A stretch of DNA of 52,275 nt from Salisapilia sapeloensis CBS 127946 (lineage: Eukaryota > Protista > Oomycota). Position numbers and translations under genes: made by a program. Positions 43,519 to 52,275 of the stretch are shown here, piece by piece. The notes beneath the pieces are model-generated. The model made no database searches. It was not told where the DNA came from and worked only from the letters and a program-made list of their open reading frames with translations. The stretch covers positions 1 to 52,275 of the forward strand of contig JAADVB010000126.1 in NCBI GenBank assembly GCA_023334545.1. Direction: 5' to 3'. Each line of letters begins with the position of its first letter. Within the stretch, counting starts at the first letter, position 1.

Positions 43519-44239
43519 ATGGAAACAAGGATTATCCCCCACCGGCATGATATGCACGTCATTCAGGCTATCTCAACCGGAGATAGCATCCTCTTGAAGC
43601 GTGTGCTCGAAAAAAGAAGGGATTTTATTAATACTTCGATCGAAGCGCATGGCTATGGATCTCCCTTTTCCTTTTGCGCTTATGGTATCTTAAAAACATT
43701 CGTGCTATGTAAGTATGGGTATATATATCAAATCGATAGGTTTCTTCGATATGAGGAGCAAAGTAAGCGATGACGGTCTATTCGGCTACGTACTAAACGG
43801 CGATACGTTGCTTCATTTAGCACTCCGACACTACAAGCCAGAATGTGCACTTGAACTCGTGAAAAGAGGCGCTTTGATTGACAAGCCAAGTTCAGATGAC
43901 ACGACACCACTTGATCTCATCTATGCTTCCTTCTGTTGTCTACGTCTCATGCAAAACCAATCAACGTCTACTGTAGAAGACGTAAATGTTGGATCATCAT
44001 GCTTGAAGCCAAGTGTGGTTATCAACAATGAAAAAGCATATGAAAGCTTGTTCGCTGCACTCAAAGAAGACTTGACCAAGTACGGATATCAGAAGAAGAA
44101 GCAAGTGCGCAATGAACTACACGATATATATACAATATATGCACCGGAAAGAATCGAAAAGTTGGACGCACAACTCGACGCTTTTGAATACCGAGTCGAT
44201 GCGCTTCTGAAACTTGTGAAAGAAAAGTACTCCATCTAG
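43519..44239 (+). CDS. Small ankyrin-repeat protein, 221-229 aa
   Basis: Donor GTAAGT at 43709; in-frame acceptors at 43739 or 43763. Ankyrin NGDTLLHLALRH..ECALELVKRGA..DTTPLDL. Confidence 0.75.
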
Positions 44240-44245
44240 TTCCTT

Positions 44246-46136
44246 TCAAGAAATAGTATCGATTAAGGCATTTACGTGTGGTAAAATAAAATCATCGCAT
44301 GCCATCTCTCCTCTCTGAATTCGTTCCAGAAGATCATTTAATGCGACAGCATCTAACGAGATGTGCGTCCTCTCGAGAAACGACATATCGGAGACCATCA
44401 GCACTTGGATCTCAAGTGCATACGACGCACTTCCAAGTGCGTACTTGACTATGAAGTACGATCCATTTCGCTTGATGCCGCGGCGGCGGCGACAGTGTCG
44501 TAGTAGATCTTCAAACATGCTGTAAATGTTCTCTTGGTCCAGCACAAGCTGCTCATTTTCAGCTAAGAAGGTTGCTGGACACGACTTCGGTCGATCTTTG
44601 GTTTGGCTATTGGGACTGTTATTCGCTTTCTTTGCTTGCATGTATCGAGATGTAAGGGAGAGTGATGGAGGATCATCTATAACTTGGATCTGAGTCTGTT
44701 CCAAGACCCGAACTAATAGCTTCTCAAGCTCGTCATCAGTCAGAAGCGTTGAAAGGCGTGGTAAGTTTCCAATCGACGGTGAGGCCATGATCGTTTCCAG
44801 TTTGATCCTACATTTTGCGTCAGCTTGGAAAATGCTTAGTTCTATAGAGATATATAATAAACGTACATGATTTCCAAATCATCAATGTCTTGCGCGGCAT
44901 CACGAAGAAGATCTAGTGGGGCACTATATCTATCTTTCAGTCCATCTTCTCGAGCACCTATGACAGTCAGGCCTCTGTGTACATATATATTAGTTCGGTA
45001 TAGACTTTGGGTTTCACTTAGGAATGACCAAACCTGTCTCCGAGTTGATATTCGTCGGGGGTATTCGGGTCATTATATATCTGGATGGGGACTTCTTCCA
45101 CTTGCAGGCAAATTCCTTGTGCTGTCTTAGCTTCCAACAAAATGTACGGTTCTCCCTCTTGCACCACTGGCGCGTTGTCTTCATGGTCTGAAATTGCATC
45201 ACTACCAACACCACTAGCTGTGTTAGCAGACTGTAAACTACTTGTAAAGTTGGCATGCTGCTCGAGACGGGCCGCTCGACTACTTGCTCGATTTTTACTG
45301 TTTTCGTGTATCGACGGTAAATCTTTTTTACTCTTTGCTTGTGTTGGTACCATCGGGCATCGTTTTATAGCGGGCTTTTCATTTTGACCGCCCACAAGTT
45401 TTTCTACGATCCCCGATGGTCGTCTGGATCGACTAGGCTTTGGTAGCAAATGTCCTACTGTTCCATCTTGTCGTAAGTGATGAAACTTATGACCGTGCTG
45501 TTGCCATTCGGAATCCCATTTCTTGGTATTATAGTATGGCTTTTGCTCAAGCAAACGTCGTCTTAGCCGTTTGTTTTCCATTTCAATCTGCTGCTGTCGT
45601 TGAGCCACCACTGTCTTGTTGACTAGCGTCTTCTTTTTACAAGCATTACCTCTACCCATTGCATATTCAGGAGATAGATGACAATCCAATAACGGTGTCT
45701 GCCGTGCATCTAGTCGAATGCCTGGCATAAAGACATGAGCTGGGCTATGTGCTTGCACTTTAGATGGCGACAACCCAACCGACTTGCCTGTCTTTGCGAG
45801 CGATCTATCTGTTGGAGGAGGTGAGTGTGGTATGTCCAATAATCCTGATTTAGCGAGGAGCTTGTTTTCTCTTCGAGCGTAAATATGTTCCATCCTGGAA
45901 ACTAGTCTCCGATTTTCTTCATACACCTCTTGCTGCTTCTCTCTATCCATTTGCTGTTTCTTTGCATTGTTGTGCGAGTGACTAGCTCGCACTGGAGATA
46001 TACAATCCATTTGGACGCGAGCATGAGAATGACATGTTGGTAACATCATCTTCACTTTCTCCTTGTGGAATTTTTGCTGACGAACGATGTCACGCTCATA
46101 GCAGAGGCGGTTGTCGAACGGTAGTGCTCGGTTCAT
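44246..46136 (-). CDS. CFAP97/KIAA1430-domain (cilia/flagella-associated) protein, 590 aa
   Basis: ORFs 45018-46160 and 44246-44788 are joined through a middle exon by two 59-nt introns (44975-45033, 44808-44866). CFAP97-like NNAKKQQMDREKQQEVYEENRRLVSRM and QIEMENKRL..RL...KPYYNTKKWDSEW. Confidence 0.75.
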
Positions 46137-46167
46137 TTTAGCGACTATCAACAACACCACTACGATG

Positions 46168-46174
46168 AGAATGA
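46168..46174 (-). promoter_or_regulatory. INR-like element upstream of the CFAP97-domain gene
   Basis: Minus strand TCATTCT about 32 nt upstream of ATG 46136. Confidence 0.3.
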
Positions 46175-48694
46175 TAACTTTGAACGAAGGATGTTGCGTA
46201 ACTTGCCCCAGGTTCTCATAAGAACAAGTCTAAAAATACTTTTACAACTAGGAAGGCTGTGCTTGTAAAGGGCTTTGTTGGATATTATATAAGGAATAAT
46301 GAAACATGAGGAATTGTAATAGGAATCAATGCCCAAGTCTTCGGCGGTTCATTCTATTCTTAAGTTGCTATTCACCTTTCTATCCCCATCCACAAGTATC
46401 GTCTATTCCTCTGTCATGTTTTAGCAGAGAAGTGTGTCGAGCATATCGTTGGAAGTCATCCAGGTTGAAGTTGCATTCGATTTACTTGCGCTATTGAGCT
46501 CTTCGCCATTTAATTAGGACGGAGTACAGTGTGAGTCGCAAATATCGCTTATTATTTCGTCTACTACTGTGCTATTCTTGTTCCGAAATAATAACGAAGA
46601 GCTCAATACCGCAAGTAAAGCGAAGAGCTCACCGAGTCTTTTGCGCCCTTTTTCAAATGTGCATATTTCCAGCACCAGGGGTGACTTGAAGTCTTCTTGA
46701 AGATTTTTCCTTCTGATTGTATAAAAGACGAAGACAGATGTAGACGAAGACTATGAAACCGCATCTCCATTAATAGTAGAGACTACTCACTTTAGTACTC
46801 CTATTTGGTGGGTAAGCTTATACTGAAAAGTTACGCTAGGTTTCCAATGACAAATGGCAAAAGACAATGGGCTATTCTCAGAAAACGCAAAATTGCTCGG
46901 TTCGATTATTGTGAGTAGAATTACAAAATGTGAATCCTCAATTAAGGCGAATTGGTATTCAAAGCGCACACTGCCTAAATTATTTGTACTTTAAATCGCA
47001 TACGAACTCACTGCAGATTGTTACCAGTACATTCACATAAAATATGCGAGTGCTCGATTTGTAGTCCTGCTTTCGCACTGCTAAAGCAACAAAGATGTAT
47101 GCGACCTTGAACTACTTCAGATCGTGGCCATATTTATCGTTTGAGTCTGTACAAGAAATCGAGTCAAATTTCTTTGCGCTGCAAGAAGCAGTGTGGTTAT
47201 AACATACATTTCTACAATGCAGCTTTCGCAGCCTAAGATGTATTATTCGCCGAATCGCTTCGACTAAATGACGTCACACGAATCCAGCAACCTCCGCACA
47301 AATAGTAATTTGTGGTCATTCTTGTACTAGGCCACCGCAACTTCTCGGTGGAAATGCGAATTACTTTAGTGCTTGCTGCAGACACATGGAAATGCTAGTC
47401 TTCTTGCATACTCATTAGATCTTGCATGCAATGAAATAACATCTTTTTAGTTAAAATTAAATGCGTATCGGCTCAGCCTCGCTGAATTCTTTTGCTTACT
47501 TCTGCAAGCCAACTAGGAAGTTCAAATTCTTATAATTCCATCGGTGGCTAACTTGAGGAGCCTGCATTTATCTCTTGGTTGTGTCATACTGTCCTGTGAA
47601 AATGAAAAGCAGGTTTCTTTTCATCAAGAGTACGATCGGTGGAAAGACACACGTAAAACTTTTTATATGGCTAAAAGACTAGATATAGAGTTTATGCTCA
47701 ACTTGAGCTTGGAGAGTTGAAGCCGGAACAACTTTATATAAGGCAAACGTTGAAATGATAGGTAGGAGTACAATTGATTCTTACAAGCAGACACGTAAAG
47801 ATGAGCAAGTTGAAGCTGGAAGGATACACGGGTGATGCTTGATGATTTTCTTTTCAAAACTAATAAGCACAAGCTAGAGTAGTGACTGCATGCTTTGTAA
47901 AAGAACAAGAAGATGCTTTGAGATGCACATTAGTAGGAAACGGGGTAGTAGAGCTTTCAAGAGATAAAAAGCAGAGACGTGTCGAGGTTCCACCAAGTAT
48001 AAAGGGACGTGAAACGTATTTGTATCAAGGGCTGCGGCTGAAGTACCAGAATGTCATAAAAGAGAAGAAGTGGTGCGATATTTAAATAGGATTCCGTAAA
48101 GTTATCTCTCTCGCTTGCCGCTATGGTACCCCAGCTTTCGCTTTTAGATTGTGTTCGTGGAGTATAAAATTCTGGGCTGTCTATACTTTGTTAGCGTTTT
48201 CCAAATTATTTACAAAAGTATGTTGGGATAACTCTGTTGACCGTACCATACAAAACTCAAGCTTTTTTGACATGAAGCGTCGCAGTCATATTAAAAGGCT
48301 ACAATACTAAAAATCGACAGAAGCGAAAGCAAGATTCTCCTGCGGTGTAGCAGGAGTGGGACTTGCGCACATATCAGCCATCACTGCCAAGCCTATTCAT
48401 CTAATGTTCTCCCTGCTTGAACCTTTGCTTGAAGAATGCATTTTTTACCATAAACTTCGTTCCAAGATTTCAATGGGGGAGTTTGAATGATTGAAAGGCA
48501 TCTAAGGATATATTTATCGTAGGACTTCTATCTTCGTAGATATATCTTGCTATCAATACGAAAATTACACTAGAGCTGTAAAATAATAAATCTTCTTTAG
48601 CCCGTCGTATGGTCAGTGACGTTGAAACACATCCAGAAGGGGCGCACAGACCATTCCGACGACGACATAGCTGCTCCAGCTTTCATCTTTAGTT

Positions 48695-48708
48695 TCATTT
48701 CCCATTTT
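48695..48708 (+). promoter_or_regulatory. INR/FPR core promoter
   Basis: TCATTTCCCATTTT matches YCATTYY-N-CAWTTY exactly, about 55 nt upstream of ATG 48763. Confidence 0.6.
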
Positions 48709-48762
48709 GCGAGCGAAATATCACCTCTCCTTCACTTGAACCCCAGCATTGACCAGTCCACG

Positions 48763-49854
48763 ATGCATCTGACGTGCGTGACTGTGGCTCTCCAAATTCG
48801 ACACGAAATTGCCGGTCTTGACCATGTCCATCGTGAAGTGAATAGCTACCTCGACCATTCTTTTCGATGGACGCTGGCAACTGCTGCAGGCAATGGGCAT
48901 CTCTACTTGGCATCGTTATTGCATAGCAATGGCGCAACAATCACGTACAAAGAATGGCTGACAGCGAATCAAACAGCTACCGGTCTAGGAAATGTTACTG
49001 CGTTGCGTTGGCTTCAGAGCCTCAAGCCTGATTGGGATTTTCATATCGACACGACCGAAGAGGCGGCTTTAAAGGGTCACTTAGTATGCCTGCAATGGCT
49101 ATTTGAGAAGAAGCCTTCCCATTGTGTAAATCTTCGCATTGCTGACCTCGTGGCAGTCAAAGGTCATCTCGATATCCTGCAATATCTTGCGGAATCGCGT
49201 CATGGGGTGATAACTCCTACGACGATGGATAATGCAGCAGCTAATGGTCACCTTGAGATGGTACAATGGCTCAGCTGCTACAGCACCATCGGATGCACGA
49301 CCAAAGCCATGGATGAAGCTGCAAGTGGAGGCCATCTAGAAGTAGTCAAATGGCTAGATGCCAACCGTAGCGAAGGATGTACAACGTCAGCTATGGATAG
49401 TGCAGCGGCAAACGGTCACTTCGATGTCGTGGAATGGCTTCATGTAAATCGGACGGAAGGATGCACTCGCAAGGCGATGAATGGTGCTTGTGAAAATGGC
49501 TTCATGAACATTGTTCTCTATTTGCACGCAAACCGTACAGAAGGATGTACTTTCAGTGCGATGGATGAGGCGAGTGCTCGAGGGCATTTCGAAATTGTCA
49601 AATGGCTCCATGCGAATCGAAGCGAAGGCTGCACAAACAGAGCCATGGACACTGCTATCGTGAATGATCACATGGACATCGTGGCTTGGTTGCACGAAAA
49701 TCGAAGTGAAGGATGCACTAGTAGCGCACTGTACACAGTGCAGCGACAAGGAAGACAAGATGCATTTGCTTGGTTATGCCAAAATCGCAAGGAGCTCGAA
49801 CGGGAAGTAATTGCGTTGGGAGAAATGCAGCAAACACCAGAATCAGTGCAGTAG
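48763..49854 (+). CDS. Oomycete-type ankyrin-like repeat protein (28-aa repeats), 363 aa
   Basis: ATG 48763 follows the INR/FPR match (ORF-track start 48616 is GTG). Repeats GCT..AMD.AA..GH..VV.WL..NR.E. Confidence 0.85.
   Translation: MHLTCVTVALQIRHEIAGLDHVHREVNSYLDHSFRWTLATAAGNGHLYLASLLHSNGATITYKEWLTANQTATGLGNVTALRWLQSLKPDWDFHIDTTEEAALKGHLVCLQWLFEKKPSHCVNLRIADLVAVKGHLDILQYLAESRHGVITPTTMDNAAANGHLEMVQWLSCYSTIGCTTKAMDEAASGGHLEVVKWLDANRSEGCTTSAMDSAAANGHFDVVEWLHVNRTEGCTRKAMNGACENGFMNIVLYLHANRTEGCTFSAMDEASARGHFEIVKWLHANRSEGCTNRAMDTAIVNDHMDIVAWLHENRSEGCTSSALYTVQRQGRQDAFAWLCQNRKELEREVIALGEMQQTPESVQ
49291..49794 (+). repeat. Coding tandem repeat, six units of 84 nt
   Basis: GG(A/C)TG(C/T)AC unit starts at 49291, 49375, 49459, 49543, 49627 and 49711. 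Confidence 0.85.
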
Positions 49855-50409
49855 ACTGAAAGAGAATAACAATCTATATTTCAATCATCTTTGTAAGACT
49901 TTGAAAGGTGATAGTGCAAAGATAAGTTGGGATGTGTATGAGGAAACTAAATAAACACGTATCCAACCGGGAAAGGTGCTCATCAGTTCCTTCGACAGTC
50001 AGCTTCGAGCTGGTAGTGTAACCATGGATCTCAGTATGTCAGATTGAGAAGAAGCTAAAGAAGTAAACACTTAATCATGTTTTCCGAAAGTTTTGTAACG
50101 TTATATGTCAGCTTGATGAGGAGAGCTCACTCCCATCACCTCGATGGACCAAAGGTCCTGGAATTCTCACTTCTGAACTTGCCACCTAGGGCGCAAGCCA
50201 AAGAAACCGATTCCTTCCAACTTGCTTTTGTGATGGAAGTCGACCATTCTATTGAGCTTAATTTTGGATCCGAAGTTACCATAACTACGAGATATGAAAT
50301 TGCTCCTCCTACTGTCACGAACAAAGACGAGAGATTAGCTTGGCTGTATGAGAAGAGCAAACGAAAGAAGTAGAGCGTTATCAATGCCACATTAAAGCAT
50401 GACTCGTCA

Positions 50410-51640
50410 CACCTTCCCCATCAAGGTGTCCAAGGTTTCACGGACAATGACGCGTCGACCCGCTAGACGATTCCGCCGACGACTCCTATTGGAAAGCTTT
50501 TTTTAAAGGGAGCTTTCCTCTCCAAGAGAAGACGAAGCATCCTGGAGACTTCAACACTTTCCGTCCTGCGAGTGAGGAACAGAGGGCGCTGGAACTGTGC
50601 ACGAGGAGCACTACGATACACTTCGCCACTCACCGGAGACCCATCGGCACGTCAGCAAATTTGCCCAGAACATCGCCCGCCCTGGCATTAAGCTCTTCGA
50701 TGTGTGCTCGCAACTGGAAGATAAGACATGAGAGCTCGTACAGGAAGACGGCCATAAGGTATATTTTCAACATTTGTCAATTACGAGGGTATATGCTATC
50801 TAGAAAGAGATCGTGTAGACAGGAATTAGCTCCACCACACGATGCTCACTAAAAAACGCGGCGGCTCACTGAACACCGAATTTCGGAGACAACACAGTGC
50901 TCAAATACAGCGACGTGGTGAAGCTGGACTCTGTAATGCACACAGGCGGCTATGTTATCGACAGTGCCTTCACGGTGACCTATGACCCAATATTTGACCT
51001 CCTGGAAACGACACGTAGCGCCGTGAATGCTGGACACAAGGTGGATGGCATTGATGCTCATCTGGGAAACGTCGAAGCTGCCATTCAAGAAGTCGTGGAG
51101 TTGTACGAGGATGCCATAAACGGAAAACGTATCCAATAAAGCCGATTCGCAGCATTTGCGACCATAATAATATGTCTTCGAATCTCCATGCTGAAAAAAA
51201 GTGTACCGGGTGTTAGCAGCAAGAAACAGGACGATAACAAAAACGGAAAATGTTTGCCATTGAGCCATTCGGATTCATCGGTCGAGGTTTCATTGAGCAG
51301 AAACTCGAAACCTCGCACTATTTCAAGACAGTAGATGCCTCTCGCGCCCCGATCCGCATGCATAGAGCAAAAAAAACTGTATGCTCACAACACCAAGATT
51401 TTTGGAACACTCCCAAACTGTTGTCGTTTTATCGGGCGAACTGTTGGAGGTTCAGCTGTGGTGAACCCGAGCGGCGCCAAGCAAGAATGATATCTGTTCG
51501 TACTGAATGAGCTCGTGAAGAGTGGCCTATGACTTTAAACCCTCCTTTTATAGACATACGACACCAACATGAAACGACATAGCTACACCATTGACTTTCC
51601 TACTTGCAAAGAAGTTCTTTAATGTGGTGATGAGTATTAA
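50410..51640 (+). pseudogene. METAP2: Methionine aminopeptidase 2 pseudogene (unprocessed, one intron retained)
   Basis: MetAP2-like peptides across shifting frames: TIPPTTPIGKLF, HPGDFNTFR.SEEQRALE, HRHVSKFAQ..RPGIKL, CSLKNAAAH*TPN, VKLDS..HTGGYVIDSAFT, IKPIRSICDH, FAIEPFG..GRG, TSHYFK, FGTLP, PTCKEVL*CGDEY*. Stops at 50464, 50729, 50870 and 51620. GT-AG intron 50759-50818. Confidence 0.88.
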
Positions 51641-52275
51641 ACTTAGTTTGCAAACGCCAAACTGCGATTTTTCTTTTATCTTGGCAAGCGAATTCATGAA
51701 TAATTGGAAACGCTCCATTGCCAATGCCTTTGCTTTTGTATACACGACAAGTACGCATATAAATCGATTGTTACACAGCTTACATTTTGGTAGGTGCTGT
51801 CGGTGCGAACGAAACCAAGCTTACAGCGTTTATACGTGCCGGAGTAACTAAACGCAAACCAAGATAGAGTGACCACTAGTTAAAGTAACACTAGATAAGT
51901 TCATCGTAAATATGGCATTGGTGAGTTGCTAGCACGCTTCTAGCGCGCTAGAGACGATCTTCATGGCTATCGATATGCCCCTATTTGCATCTGATAATTT
52001 CTTGCCGTTTTTAGTTGTCATCGTTGGGTCAACCTTCCGGCCACCTGCGCAATTCTCCTGACCGGTAGCCCGATCGGATACCAGCACAGTCGCTCTGCGC
52101 TCTCGAGCATGGACGCTGGTCCTCTCGTAACTGCGACAATGTGGAAGAGACTATCGGAGACAATTGCAGAGACAACGAAAACTTCACCTTTAAAGATAAC
52201 TTGTTCTTCATGAATTGTCTAAATACGATTGCTACTGGATGCTGCAGAAGAGAGGAATGGGAATACAGAAAAAGC

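Noticed and set aside
46595-46631. 11-bp direct repeat CGAAGAGCTCA with 26-nt periodicity
   Set aside because: Only two copies; not CRISPR-like and not flanking an identifiable element.
50077-50373. 98-aa ORF ending EKSKRKK
   Set aside because: Could be the eroded Lys-rich MetAP2 N-terminus or chance; no support as an independent gene.
50849-51268. 139-aa minus-strand ORF with a signal-peptide-like start
   Set aside because: Antisense shadow of the MetAP2 pseudogene, which explains the + strand over the whole interval.
1-52275. CRISPR arrays, rRNA, transposase/reverse transcriptase genes, RXLR/CRN effectors
   Set aside because: No repeat-spacer arrays, rRNA-like conserved stretches, DDE/RT/integrase motifs, or signal peptide plus RXLR-dEER or LFLAK motifs were seen.

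Overview
Gene-dense eukaryotic (oomycete-type) genomic DNA. It holds 24 apparently intact protein-coding genes and one intron-retaining methionine aminopeptidase 2 pseudogene. I could not support any rRNA, tRNA, CRISPR array or transposon. The oomycete assignment rests on an elicitin-like gene, a 7TM-TKL kinase fusion, a HAD-IGPD fusion, a KRE6/SKN1-type gene and INR/FPR-like core promoters. Gene models were spliced by hand using GT-AG sites and frame continuity; every model listed gives a CDS length divisible by 3. Introns are strikingly uniform (50-64 nt), genes mostly alternate strands, and some convergent stop codons lie only 6-7 nt apart. Best candidate for an undescribed system: a single polypeptide (3932-6655, minus) fusing an F-box, a CDK1/2-like pseudokinase with a built-in Tyr15-to-Glu substitution, and an A/B-type cyclin, possibly an SCF adaptor that mimics a CDK-cyclin complex. 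Runners-up: a clamp-type TPR protein fused to a catalytically dead EGLN/PHD-like oxygenase fold, an FKBP-TPR ending in a PxLE motif, a 7TM-TKL-DEP receptor kinase and a ZBBX-like SAM/FCS protein. All family calls are from motif recognition by eye; no database search was run, so novelty is unverified.
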